The notes beneath the pieces were generated by a model, which was not told where the DNA came from, searched no databases, and saw nothing but the letters and a program-made list of their open reading frames with translations. Position numbers and translations under genes: made by a program. A stretch of DNA of 64,000 nt, from positions 2,022 to 66,021 of the forward strand of contig CAYWJP010000001.1 of assembly GCA_964458715.1 (NCBI GenBank). The letters are read 5' to 3'. Shown here in pieces: positions 19,717 through 29,747 of the stretch. Source of the DNA: an uncultured Bdellovibrionales bacterium. Lineage in GTDB: Bacteria > Patescibacteriota > Minisyncoccia > Moranbacterales > DUUL01. Every line of letters starts with the position of its first letter. The stretch's first letter is position 1.

Positions 19717-21151
19717 ACTTCCGTGGCTTCATCAAAGGAAATATTTGACACTCCCTGGCAGTTTTATTCATCAAAAAAGAAAATACCCGTTCACTCATCC
19801 CAAACCCACAGGTAGGAGGCATACCATACTCCAGGGCCTCAACAAAATCTCGGTCATGCATTTGAGCTTCGTCATCTCCAGCATCTCGCATTTTTTGCTG
19901 CTCTTCAAATCTCTCGGCTTGATCAATCGGATCATTTAATTCAGAATAACCATTTCCCAATTCACTACCAGCTATTAAAACATGGAATCTTTCCACTAAA
20001 TTAGGATTGTCTTTTTTCTTTTTAGCTAAAGGAGAAACCTCTAGTGGTTCATTAACCAAGAATCCTGGCCCAGCAATTTGCTTTCGACAATATTTCCAAA
20101 GATTATCTACGGCTCGCGCTCGATTTAAATCTTTTTCATATTTAACTCCTAATTCCTCAAGCTTAGCTTCGATTTCTTTTATATCGGCCGTAACAATATC
20201 TACTCCTGTTTTTTCTTTAATAGTCTCAGCATAGTCATACTGTTTCCACTCAGCGCCTAAATCCACTTCAAAATCTCTAATTTTAAACTTCAAAGTTCCA
20301 AAAGTCTCTTTAGCCACATATTGATAAAGCTCTTTCACCAATTCCATTCCTTTTTCATAATTAGCATAAGCCCAATAAAATTCCATCTGAGTATAATCTT
20401 GGAGATGTTCATAATCCATTCCCTCATTTCGAAATTGTCGACCAATTTCAAAAGTTTTTTCAAGTCCAGCCACCATCAATCTTTTTTGCCAAAGCTCTCC
20501 CATCGAAATTCGAAGATAAACATCCATATCCAAAGCTTTATGATGAGTAGCAAAAGGATCAGCATCCGCTCCACCCGGAGTAGTTTCTAATACTGGAGTC
20601 TCCACTTCAATAAATTTTCTTTTCTTCAAAAAATCTCGAGTAGCATTCCAAAATTTGTCCTTCTTAATTATCATCTCTCGAACGTCATCATTAAAAAGAA
20701 TATCCAAATATCTTTTTCGGAATTTTTCCTCTTCATCTTGCAAGGCCTTGTGTTTATCTGGCAATGGCAAAATTGATTTAGAAAGTAGAGTTATTTTTTT
20801 AATCAAAATCGACTTCTCTTCCTTTTTAGTATCGAATCTTTCTCCCTCCACTCCAACAAAATCTCCAATGTCTAAATTTTTGACCCAAAATTTATAATCT
20901 CCGTCAAATTCTTTTTTATTGAAAACCACCTGAATTCTTCCACAAACATCTTGAATATGAAGAAAAGCGATGTTTCCCATGTCTCGAAACAACATAATTC
21001 TTCCAGCAATTTTGGCCGATTCTCCAAATTCCTTTTTTAAAACATCTTTAGAGCATTCTTTTTCGAATGGCCCCGCTGGATAAGGATCAATTCCGGTTTC
21101 CACAAAATTCTGTAATTTTTTAATTTTTTCTTGTTTTATATCTTCAAGCAT
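19715..21151 (-). CDS. lysS: Lysine--tRNA ligase (class II)
   Basis: EVETP, FEIGRQFRNEG, GYSELNDP, ALEYGMPP. Confidence 0.97.
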   Translation of the reverse strand: MLEDIKQEKIKKLQNFVETGIDPYPAGPFEKECSKDVLKKEFGESAKIAGRIMLFRDMGNIAFLHIQDVCGRIQVVFNKKEFDGDYKFWVKNLDIGDFVGVEGERFDTKKEEKSILIKKITLLSKSILPLPDKHKALQDEEEKFRKRYLDILFNDDVREMIIKKDKFWNATRDFLKKRKFIEVETPVLETTPGGADADPFATHHKALDMDVYLRISMGELWQKRLMVAGLEKTFEIGRQFRNEGMDYEHLQDYTQMEFYWAYANYEKGMELVKELYQYVAKETFGTLKFKIRDFEVDLGAEWKQYDYAETIKEKTGVDIVTADIKEIEAKLEELGVKYEKDLNRARAVDNLWKYCRKQIAGPGFLVNEPLEVSPLAKKKKDNPNLVERFHVLIAGSELGNGYSELNDPIDQAERFEEQQKMRDAGDDEAQMHDRDFVEALEYGMPPTCGFGMSERVFSFLMNKTARECQIFPLMKPRK

Positions 21152-21298
21152 TTTCTTGTTTACAAGTTAATAGTATTTTGGTTACGATAAAGGCATTGTA
21201 ACAAATGAATAGGCCTAAGTCTAGATAATACAATTTTATAAATTATTTTAACTTATATCTTTAAATTCTTCTCGACTTCCTTGATTTTTAATAATAAT

Positions 21299-21829
21299 TT
21301 AGAATTTTTTTAATTTCCAAAAATAACCTCTCCTCTCCATAAAATAATCAATTAATAAGCCATTTAAAATTGAAAATAATATTATATATACAGAAAGTAT
21401 TAAAGTAAATATTGGACCGAAATAATAAATGGTTATTGGTAAAAAGGGTATTTTAACATTTCGATTATAAAGAAAAACTGCTATTAAAGACTCTTTCATT
21501 CCTTTTTCTTTTAAGTCTTTAAGAAGCGGAAATAAAAGATAGGGTGGACCTGAAACCAATATTCCAAAAATAATTGAATAAAATAATCCTTTTTTTCCAG
21601 AGTTTTCTCCTAAATATCTAACAACTTTATTAATTTTAAAATATCTATTAACCAAAAAAGTTATCAATAAAATTAATAAAAAAATCGGAAATATTTTTAT
21701 CAGAACTGTTATGGTGTTTTGAATTCCAGTCCTAGCAAAATTTGCATTAAAAAAACTAACGACTAAATAAACTGCCGAAACTATTAATAAAAACTTATAG
21801 CTATTTTTTATTTTTGCAAAAGAAATCAT
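21299..21829 (-). CDS. Predicted permease subunit (DUF318/ArsP-like pair)
   Basis: YLGENSG, GILVSGPPY...LKEKG. Confidence 0.7.
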   Translation of the reverse strand: MISFAKIKNSYKFLLIVSAVYLVVSFFNANFARTGIQNTITVLIKIFPIFLLILLITFLVNRYFKINKVVRYLGENSGKKGLFYSIIFGILVSGPPYLLFPLLKDLKEKGMKESLIAVFLYNRNVKIPFLPITIYYFGPIFTLILSVYIILFSILNGLLIDYFMERRGYFWKLKKF

Positions 21830-22248
21830 AAAGAATCAATAAAATTTAAAGTACCAACCGTTAAAATAGCAATAATAATAGCAAAAAAGAAGCATATCAA
21901 ATTTCTTACAATGGCAAATTTCTTGCCTAAATTAAAAATCTCCAAAGGTAGCATAGCCACTCCAACCGTTGACCAAGCCAAAATAAAAGCAGTAACTGCT
22001 ATCAAACTAACTCCCTGATTCATTAATTCTCCGCCCACGATAAAACTAGTAATTGGTATTCCGAAAGAAACACTTCCAGCTAAAGCTCCTGCTAGAGGAT
22101 CTAAAAATAAATTTCCAGTAAAAATAGTTGGCGCATATTTTTCTAATACAGGACTAAGTAAATTAACCAATAACAAAATCCCTATCATTATTGGCAATGA
22201 GGTTTTAAGCGAATCAAAGGATTTTAAAAAAGCTTGCTTGGTATCCAT
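21826..22248 (-). CDS. Predicted permease subunit (DUF318/ArsP-like pair)
   Basis: GALAGSVSFGIP, AFILAWSTVG, LGKKFAIVRN; ATGA overlap with its partner. Confidence 0.7.
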   Translation of the reverse strand: MDTKQAFLKSFDSLKTSLPIMIGILLLVNLLSPVLEKYAPTIFTGNLFLDPLAGALAGSVSFGIPITSFIVGGELMNQGVSLIAVTAFILAWSTVGVAMLPLEIFNLGKKFAIVRNLICFFFAIIIAILTVGTLNFIDSL

Positions 22249-22253
22249 ATTTT

Positions 22254-22811
22254 TTATATTTTTCTTAATTTCCTCGATTTTTTACGATAATCAGGAATTC
22301 GTTGAGCCACTAACGCCCAAAAATTTTGAGAATGATTCATCTCTTGCAAATGACAAAGTTCGTGAGCAATTAAATAATCCACTAAATCATCTGGCAAAAA
22401 CAAAATTCGATAATTAAAATTCAAATTATTCTGACTAGAACAACTTCCCCAGCGAGTTTTTTGATCACGAATAGCAATTTTATTAAGTGGAAAATTATAG
22501 AACTGATTTATTTCCTGCACTCGCTCTTTCACTAAAGCTCGAGCTCGTTCTTTATTTCTCAAATAATCGTTTCTGCTACCCCAACCCAAAAGATTGGAAA
22601 TTTTTTTAGATTTTAAGACTTCTAAATTTTTTAAAACCCAATCTTTGTTTTTTAAAAAAAACTTTTCCGCCTTTCTTTGGCTAACAAACCAAGGATGCGT
22701 TACTAAAAAATCATGATTGTTTTTCAGAGTAATTTTAATTCCCTTGGACTGTTTATTTTTTTTAAAAACACATTCAATTTGATGGCCCTCCAGTTCAATT
22801 TTTATTTTCAT
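22254..22811 (-). CDS. YgjP/DUF45 (M48-like) metal-dependent hydrolase
   Basis: QKTRWGSCS, HELCH, NHSQNFW. Confidence 0.9.
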   Translation of the reverse strand: MKIKIELEGHQIECVFKKNKQSKGIKITLKNNHDFLVTHPWFVSQRKAEKFFLKNKDWVLKNLEVLKSKKISNLLGWGSRNDYLRNKERARALVKERVQEINQFYNFPLNKIAIRDQKTRWGSCSSQNNLNFNYRILFLPDDLVDYLIAHELCHLQEMNHSQNFWALVAQRIPDYRKKSRKLRKI

Positions 22812-22883
22812 AAATCTTTTTAACAAAAGAGCATGAAATCATGCTCAATTTAATTTTAATGTCTTTACTGACATAACACTAGT

Positions 22884-23669
22884 TTATTTATACAACCAAA
22901 ATAACAAAATTAAACCTGCTAAAATTAATCGATACCAAAAGAACCACTTATAGCTAACCTTTTCGACTAATTTTATCAAAACAGCGATGGCAACATAACC
23001 GCTAATAGCAGCCAACAAAATTCCTAATATCTGAATTATTCCTACTTTCATGGACAGAAAATCGTTTAATTTAAAAATCGCCGCTCCAAAAATAATCGGG
23101 GTTGCCATTAAAAAAGAAAATCGGGCCGCGCTCTTTCGAGTTAACCCCATTTTCAATCCAGCAGTAATAGTTATTCCAGAACGGGAAGTTCCGGGAATAA
23201 TAGCAATAGCCTGAGCGATTCCAATGTAAATAGCATCTTTAAGAGAAATATTTTTTTCATCTTTATTTTTTGATCCAATTTTATCAAAATAATATAGCCA
23301 AAATCCAAAGAAAACTAGAGCAAAGGCTATAATCAAAGGATTTCGAAGTGTTGTTTCAGCTAAATCATTCAAGAAAAAACCGGCCGAAGCCCCGGGAACA
23401 CTAGCTATAACTAAAATCCATAAAAAATTAGCTGGGTATAGGCCTTTCTTTTTAGTTAAAGCAGTTTGAAAAATATCCAGCCAATCTCGCCAAAAATAAG
23501 CGACCACTGCTAAAAGTGTTCCAAAATGCAAAGCTACATCCAAAGATAAACCTTGATATTCCCAATCAAAAAACCAAGGAATCGAAACCAAATGACCAGA
23601 AGAAGAAATTGGTAAAAATTCAGTTAAACCCTGAATTATTCCTAATAATGATAATTGAATAAAATCCAT
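22884..23669 (-). CDS. uppP: Undecaprenyl-diphosphate phosphatase
   Basis: QGLTEFLPISSSGH, PGTSRSG, ARFSFL. Confidence 0.95.
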   Translation of the reverse strand: MDFIQLSLLGIIQGLTEFLPISSSGHLVSIPWFFDWEYQGLSLDVALHFGTLLAVVAYFWRDWLDIFQTALTKKKGLYPANFLWILVIASVPGASAGFFLNDLAETTLRNPLIIAFALVFFGFWLYYFDKIGSKNKDEKNISLKDAIYIGIAQAIAIIPGTSRSGITITAGLKMGLTRKSAARFSFLMATPIIFGAAIFKLNDFLSMKVGIIQILGILLAAISGYVAIAVLIKLVEKVSYKWFFWYRLILAGLILLFWLYK

Positions 23670-23694
23670 TATTGTTTAATTTAAAATTAAATTA

Positions 23695-23836
23695 AAAAAT
23701 TTCAAAGCTCAAATTATTTCAAATTGTTCCAAATAAAATTCAAAATCTAAAATTCGAATGACAAAATTTAGATTTTGAAAATTTTAATTTTAATCATTGG
23801 CGCTTATTTGATATTTGTAATTTTAAATTTGTGATT
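23695..23836. repeat. Periodic CAAAT/ATTTG inverted-repeat element
   Basis: caaagctcaaattatt...tatttg...atttgtaattttaaatttg; shared with 46281-46420 and 52286-52431. Confidence 0.7.
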
Positions 23837-23858
23837 TACTTATAAAAAACTTTGTTTT

Positions 23859-25181
23859 TTATAAGTCATCATATCCATCCTTCAAATTCTGAATCCCCGG
23901 CGCATAATTAGTCAAAGCATAACAAGACCAACCCAAATATTTCATCGCCGCATAATCTTCCCAATCAACCTTAATCTTCTCGTCTCTATCACAAGGATTT
24001 ATAATTCTAACTCTTCCATCTTCGGCTGCTCCATCTTCTTCTAATTTAAGTGCCATCGCCATCACTCCGTCAAACAAATCCCAAGGATCGGGCGGATTTT
24101 TACCAGTAGCGCTGGCGATTCTACTCTTCCAGCCAGCCCAGGTATCCGGCATAAATTGAGCCACTCCCATCGCCCCGCCAGTTCCAGAATAGCCGCTTGG
24201 GGGACAAGACACTTTTTTCTTTTTATAATTATAATCCAAATCTTTACAAATTTCTTTAAAATACTTCTTTCTCGTATCATTCATATTACTTTCCTTGTAA
24301 TAACAACCACCAGTATATCGCCCCAAACCAGATTCCATCGACAACATTCCGAATAAAAATCCTTTGCTAACTCCAGTTTTTTTATTGGCATATTTAATAG
24401 CATCTTTAATATCATCAGTATCATAACCTTCACCCAGCAAAGCCGACAACTCAGTTTTCAACTTAGAGATTTTACTTTTTACCTCACTAATTGACGACTT
24501 CGTTCTAGCTAAGACGGCTTGTTTTTGATTTTCTTGATAAACTAAGTGTTGTTTTTGTTCTTCTTGCGTTTCCAATGCTACTTCTTTTTCGTCCTTTTTT
24601 TCTTCAACTTTTACTTTTTCTTCAACTACTTCTTCTTTTTCTTTTTCGATAGCACTCAAAGCTTCTTTAATTTTAGACTGAAAGCCTTCAAAACTTTCCA
24701 CTTCTCTCAAATAATCTCCTAAATCGCGATTAAAATCAAAAGTAATCAAGCCGATTTCCAAGCTATTTCGTCGAAATAATCTCAGGTATTCAGCTAAAAT
24801 TTCTTGTTTAAATTTAATATTTTCTTCTTTGGTTTTTATTTTTTTCTCTTTCTCTTTAATTTCTGATTCATATTGTTCAATGGTTTGATTAGTTTTTTGA
24901 ATAACCGCTTGAGTACTTAAGATTGCTTGATCAACTACTTCTATTTCACTTTGAATTTTATTGGCATCTTTTTCTAAATCCTTTAATTCATCTTCCTGTT
25001 TATCAATGTCATCTTTTGTTTCTTCCACTTCATCAGCCGCCCGAACCAACGAAAACTGAACCATAAAAAAAACAATTAAAATCACTAATAAAAATTTAAA
25101 AAATAAAATCACACTGCCATCAACAGGTGTGATCTTATTTAAAACACTTTTTATTAAATTGTTTTTATTTGTTTTCTTCAT
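23859..25181 (-). CDS. Secreted coiled-coil protein with a C-terminal lytic transglycosylase domain
   Basis: TM anchor, long heptad region, MESGLG, GAMGVAQFMPDTW, PDPW. Confidence 0.85.
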   Translation of the reverse strand: MKKTNKNNLIKSVLNKITPVDGSVILFFKFLLVILIVFFMVQFSLVRAADEVEETKDDIDKQEDELKDLEKDANKIQSEIEVVDQAILSTQAVIQKTNQTIEQYESEIKEKEKKIKTKEENIKFKQEILAEYLRLFRRNSLEIGLITFDFNRDLGDYLREVESFEGFQSKIKEALSAIEKEKEEVVEEKVKVEEKKDEKEVALETQEEQKQHLVYQENQKQAVLARTKSSISEVKSKISKLKTELSALLGEGYDTDDIKDAIKYANKKTGVSKGFLFGMLSMESGLGRYTGGCYYKESNMNDTRKKYFKEICKDLDYNYKKKKVSCPPSGYSGTGGAMGVAQFMPDTWAGWKSRIASATGKNPPDPWDLFDGVMAMALKLEEDGAAEDGRVRIINPCDRDEKIKVDWEDYAAMKYLGWSCYALTNYAPGIQNLKDGYDDL

Positions 25182-25214
25182 CTATGCCTTTTAGAACTAT
25201 TTTAAATAGTTTCC

Positions 25215-25946
25215 TTATTCTTTTTTGTCGTTTTGACTAGCTGATTGATTTTTTTCTTCATTTTTATTATTACTCTTCTCATCTTCATTTTTTTCTTCTC
25301 CTCCTCCTTCTTCTTCAGTTTTTTCGCCTTTTTCTACCTCAATTTTGTCAACATCCATTTCAACTTTTTCGTCTAATTTTTCTAATTCTTCTTCTGAACG
25401 AGCCATATCAAGAGAAGCTACTGAAATTTCTGGATTAGTGATTACTTCGATAGTAGCCGGAATTTTTAAATCTTTAACATAAATACAATCCTCCATAGTT
25501 TTTAGTTCTCCTAAATCAACCTCAATTGATCCAATTAAATCTCGAGGGAAACATCGAACATCCAAAGAATCTTGACCCTTAATTAAGATACCGCCCAATT
25601 CTTTAACCGCTGGAGATTCTCCAATGAAATTAAGTTCAATTTCAGTATCAATTTTTTCTCCCATTTTAACTTTATAAAAATCGATGTGTTTTAAAGCTTC
25701 AGTTAAACTATCGTATTGAATTTCATTAAATAGCACTGAATAATCCTGATCATCTCCTTCAATTTTAAAATCCACCAAAGTACTTCCGCCCGCTTCTTTG
25801 TGAACTTTTTTAAATTCTTGTCTTAAAACCCAAACTGATTTACTCTCTTTCATTTCCGGACCATATATAACTCCCTTTACCCAAAGACTAAGGTCTCTTT
25901 TCTCTTTTTCAGCTCTAGGCTTAGCATTTAAAATTATTTTTTTCAT
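25215..25946 (-). CDS. rplY: 50S ribosomal protein L25/CTC
   Basis: GVIYG, HIDFY, GESPAVKELGG, acidic tail. Confidence 0.9.
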   Translation of the reverse strand: MKKIILNAKPRAEKEKRDLSLWVKGVIYGPEMKESKSVWVLRQEFKKVHKEAGGSTLVDFKIEGDDQDYSVLFNEIQYDSLTEALKHIDFYKVKMGEKIDTEIELNFIGESPAVKELGGILIKGQDSLDVRCFPRDLIGSIEVDLGELKTMEDCIYVKDLKIPATIEVITNPEISVASLDMARSEEELEKLDEKVEMDVDKIEVEKGEKTEEEGGGEEKNEDEKSNNKNEEKNQSASQNDKKE

Positions 25947-25986
25947 TTCTGATTATTTAATTATTGTAAAATTAACCACTCAATAT

Positions 25987-26130
25987 TAGAAATTTATTAT
26001 TTGAGCAAAGTTCAAGGAAAAACCGAGCAATGCAACGCAATTTACTAAATTGGTAAATGAAGTAAATCGTGGAGGTGGCGCCTGCCCGCCTTTGGCGGGA
26101 CAAAGAAATTTGCCAAATAATAAATTTCTA
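25987..26130 (+). repeat. Long-hairpin element copy B (overlaps the stop codon of ORF 26128; nested CCGCC-N3-GGCGG)
   Basis: Perfect 17-bp outer stem tagaaatttattatttg/caaataataaatttcta; a-gcaaa-g-ttc-aagg...gacaaa-gaa-a-tttgc. Confidence 0.85.
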
Positions 26131-26445
26131 GCCTTCATACAAGTCTAAGACTTCGTCAAACGAAATAGGATCCCTTTTAAAAACATTACAAGCTTCCTCA
26201 TAGTCTAAGTCAGTTAAAATCCCCAAAGTAACGATATTATCATTATTTTGAAGACCTTTGCTAATAACTGCCAAAGAAGCACTGCGACAAAAATTACAGT
26301 TAACATGAACTAACATTGCATCTTTCTTGTTTTGAACAATTTTAATACTCTGTTTGCCGTATTTTCTACCGCAAATAGAACACTTCATCAAAAGATTAAC
26401 TTCATTCATAAGCTTGATATTAACAATTATTCCCCCTTTAGTCAA
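26128..26445 (-). CDS. Hypothetical Zn-ribbon protein (start may be ATG 26409)
   Basis: CSIC...HVNCNFC, DEVLD. Confidence 0.65.
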   Translation of the reverse strand: MTKGGIIVNIKLMNEVNLLMKCSICGRKYGKQSIKIVQNKKDAMLVHVNCNFCRSASLAVISKGLQNNDNIVTLGILTDLDYEEACNVFKRDPISFDEVLDLYEG

Positions 26446-26602
26446 TGGATAAGTTCGTAAAGTTAGAAAGTCTATAAAGTCAAAAAGAGTTCTTTCTTAA
26501 CAACAGATTTACGATCTATCTATAGCATATTAATAAATTAAATCAACTTTTCATTTTTCAAACCCTGTAAAATTTATGGGCTTTACAGACTTTATAAACT
26601 TT

Positions 26603-27715
26603 CTAACTAAGTTCCATTATCTTTTCCGCTAGAATTTCGGCTGACTTAGGATAGTAAAATTTTTCAATATTTTGGGCTAAAACAAATCTGTAATCACGAC
26701 TGTTGGTAATTTTATCTAAATAATGCATCAACATATTGGGATTAAAATTTCCTTCTTCTAGCACGATAGCAGCTTTTTCTCGAGATAACTCAAAAGCGTT
26801 CATTCGTTGATGGTCATTAGCGCTTCTACTTATTGGCACCAAAATAGTAGCCTTTCTATTAGCAGCTAACTCTGCGATAAAAGTAGCTCCTGCTCGAGAA
26901 ACTACCACATCTGCTAAAGCTAAAATATTACCCAACTCTTTTCCAATAAAAGGTAACGGATAATAATCGCTATGACCAATCTTGTAGCCTTTCTTTTGGG
27001 CTTGATTTTTAATTATTTCAAAATGACTCGCTCCTGTTTGATGAATAACTTGGAATTTTTTAGTCAACTCATTAATAGCATTAATCACTATTTCGTTGAT
27101 AGCAAAAGCTCCTTGAGAACCTCCCAAAAATAAAACTGTCGGCTTCACTTCCTTTTTCATACCTAAAAACTCCCGCGCTCGATTTTTATCGCCACCAATT
27201 GACTCTTCTTTCACCGGAATTCCAGCAAAAAAAACTTTTCTATCTGGGAAATAACGCTTAGCTTTTTCAAAATTAATTCCAATGACGTTAGCTAGTGACC
27301 CTAAAAATTTATTAGCAATTCCAGGAACAGCATCAGATTCATGTATTACGACTGGAATTCGATAAAATTTTGCTGCTATAACTACTGGAACTGAAGCAAA
27401 ACCACCTTTGGCAAAAATCACATCCGGCATAAAAAGCAATAAATGCCATAAAGACTGAAAAAACCCGATTGGCATTTTTATAAAATCACCAAAATATTTC
27501 AAAGAAAAATATCTTCTTAACTTACCACAAATAATAACTTTTGAAGGAATATCATTTTCCGCCATTATCTTTCCGTCAAAATCTCCCTTGGGTCCAATAA
27601 AGAGAAATTCAAAATTGCTTTCCCCATAATTTTTTTTCAAATATTTGACGACTGTTACTAATGGGAAAATATGCCCACCCGAACCACCACCACACAAAAC
27701 AACTCTTTTCGCCAT
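26603..27715 (-). CDS. murG: MurG N-acetylglucosaminyltransferase
   Basis: GGGSGGHIFP, KGGFAS, HESD, GGSQGA, SRAGA, HQRMNA. Confidence 0.95.
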   Translation of the reverse strand: MAKRVVLCGGGSGGHIFPLVTVVKYLKKNYGESNFEFLFIGPKGDFDGKIMAENDIPSKVIICGKLRRYFSLKYFGDFIKMPIGFFQSLWHLLLFMPDVIFAKGGFASVPVVIAAKFYRIPVVIHESDAVPGIANKFLGSLANVIGINFEKAKRYFPDRKVFFAGIPVKEESIGGDKNRAREFLGMKKEVKPTVLFLGGSQGAFAINEIVINAINELTKKFQVIHQTGASHFEIIKNQAQKKGYKIGHSDYYPLPFIGKELGNILALADVVVSRAGATFIAELAANRKATILVPISRSANDHQRMNAFELSREKAAIVLEEGNFNPNMLMHYLDKITNSRDYRFVLAQNIEKFYYPKSAEILAEKIMELS

Positions 27716-27799
27716 TTAATTAAATTATTTTTAATTTATTCATCTACTTCTTTTAAATTTTAGCACTTACTCACAAATCTCGCAAACCCTTTCTTCCGA

Positions 27800-27915
27800 A
27801 AATTTTGAATTTTGAATTTTGAATTTCGATTCAATTTTCAATGATTTAATTCCCGCCTACTCGCCTCGATTCGACGAAGCGGGCCTGCAGGCAGATTCAA
27901 TGACCTAATTTTTTA
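27800..27915. repeat. Heptamer repeat arm with a nested GC-rich palindromic insert
   Basis: (aattttg)3 aatttcgattcaattttcaatga...[cccgcctactcgcctcgattcgacgaagcggg]... Confidence 0.7.
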
Positions 27916-28096
27916 AAATCATCTTTAAGCGACGTTTGTCATTAAATGGTGAATAAGAAAATTCTTCAAAAATAGTTTTTTTCTCAACAAAACGGTCTAA
28001 TGAGTTATCCACCCTGTATAAATAGCACTTCGTAATTTAACAGGGTAAAGAATATCTCCGCTAAAGGCGGACACAGTTTTGCACCCTAAAAACAAT

Positions 28097-28122
28097 AAAA
28101 TAACCCCTTTCGAGGTTATTTT
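28097..28122 (-). terminator. Probable terminator of the tuf transcript
   Basis: aaaataacc-cctttcga-ggttatttt, distal to hairpin copy C. Confidence 0.65.
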
Positions 28123-28145
28123 TGAATTTATATATAAAACACGTG

Positions 28146-28262
28146 GACTTGGGAGGTTGAGTACAATTCGAGGAGAAGTTGAGTACCGAGCGAGATGGAC
28201 TTAATGGTCCATTGAGCGAGTAACGGAAACTTCGACAAAGAAATCTACCAAACTCTCAAGTC
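28146..28262 (+). repeat. Long-hairpin element copy C (3' of tuf)
   Basis: gacttgggaggttg-a-gtaca-a-ttc-gagg...gacaaa-gaa-a-tctac-caaactctcaagtc. Confidence 0.85.
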
Positions 28263-28272
28263 TTAAATAGTT

Positions 28273-29466
28273 TTATTTGGTAATTTTAGTAAGAACACCA
28301 GCTCCTACGGTTTTGCCTCCTTCTCTAATAGCAAATCTCATTCCATCTTCCATTGCCACCGGAGCTCCTAATTTAATGTTCAAACTAACGGTATCCCCAG
28401 GCATTACCATCTCCACTCCTTCTGGCAAAATAACTTCACCAGTTACATCAGTAGTTCGAATGTAAAATTGAGGTTTATACCCTTTAAAGAAAGGAGTATG
28501 TCGTCCGCCTTCTTCTTTAGTCAAAATATAAACTTCACCTTCGAATTCGGTGTGAGGAGTAATACTTCCTGTTTTAGCTAAAACTTGACCTCGTTCAATT
28601 TCTTCTTTTTTGGTTCCTCGAAGAAGAATTCCGGCATTATCTCCGGCTTCACCTCGATCTAATGTTTTATTAAACATTTCGATTCCAGTAACGACTGATT
28701 TAGCGGTTGCTTTAATTCCAATAATTTCGATTTCATCTCCAACATTAACAACTCCTCGTTCGATTCGTCCAGTAACTACAGTTCCTCGACCTTCAATTGA
28801 GAAAATATCTTCGATTGGCAATAAAAATGGTTTATCAACATCCCTTTTTGGTTCTGGAATATTTTCATCAAGAGCATCCATTAATTCCATAATTGGTTTA
28901 ATGGCCTCATCATCTTTACTGGTAGCTTCTAAAGCTTTCAAGGCTGAACCTTTAATAACAATAGCATTTTCACCATCATATTTATATTGAGTAAGAAGTT
29001 CTCGAACTTCTTCTTCTACTAAATCAATCAGTTCCTCGTCATCAACCATATCAACTTTATTCAAGAAAACTACAATTTGAGGGACACCTACTTGGTAAGC
29101 CAATAAAATGTGCTCTCGAGTTTGTGGCATAGGACCATCAGTAGCAGAAACCACTAAAACAGCTCCGTCCATTTGAGCAGCGCCAGTGATCATATTTTTA
29201 ATATAATCAGCATGTCCTGGACAATCAACGTGAGCATAATGTCGCTTATCAGTTTCGTACTCAACATGAGCAGTCGCAATTGTAATTCCTCGTTCTCTTT
29301 CTTCTGGAGCTTTATCAATCTCTCCTACAGATTTACTTGAAGCCATTTTTCCCATTAAAGTCATGGAATGTAAAATAGCCGCCGTTAAAGTAGTTTTACC
29401 ATGATCAACATGACCAATAGTTCCTACATTTACATGGGTTTTACCCCGTTCAAATTTTTCACTCAT
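28273..29466 (-). CDS. tuf: Elongation factor Tu
   Basis: [21 protein letters not shown]. Confidence 0.99.
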   Translation of the reverse strand: MSEKFERGKTHVNVGTIGHVDHGKTTLTAAILHSMTLMGKMASSKSVGEIDKAPEERERGITIATAHVEYETDKRHYAHVDCPGHADYIKNMITGAAQMDGAVLVVSATDGPMPQTREHILLAYQVGVPQIVVFLNKVDMVDDEELIDLVEEEVRELLTQYKYDGENAIVIKGSALKALEATSKDDEAIKPIMELMDALDENIPEPKRDVDKPFLLPIEDIFSIEGRGTVVTGRIERGVVNVGDEIEIIGIKATAKSVVTGIEMFNKTLDRGEAGDNAGILLRGTKKEEIERGQVLAKTGSITPHTEFEGEVYILTKEEGGRHTPFFKGYKPQFYIRTTDVTGEVILPEGVEMVMPGDTVSLNIKLGAPVAMEDGMRFAIREGGKTVGAGVLTKITK

Positions 29467-29629
29467 AACAACTTTTTTATTATTTCAAAGGATTATCCAC
29501 CCAAGAAATAATTATTAATTTTATTAAACTTATTCTTTTTATTATAATCAGGAAACTATTTTAATATAGTATCCCTACAATAAAACATCATTAGAATATT
29601 ACCAGAAATTAGCTATTTGTCAAACAGAC

Positions 29630-29745
29630 AAAGTGAGAAAGTCTATAAAGTTAAAAGTCAGAAAGTATTCGATACTTGTACTCTTGCACTTTTAAAAAGA
29701 TCTGTCTTTTTATACTTTATACTTAATACTTACAGCTTAATACTT
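29630..29745. repeat. AAAGTY / RACTT periodic imperfect inverted repeat between fusA and tuf
   Basis: gaaagtctataaagttaaaagtcagaaagt...tatactttatacttaatactt; agaaagtctataaagt is shared with the 26451-26486 region. Confidence 0.6.
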
Positions 29746-29747
29746 TT

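Noticed and set aside
27990-28050. oriC suggested by TTATCCACC
   Set aside because: Only a single mismatched box, no dnaA/dnaN nearby, and gene orientation does not switch here.
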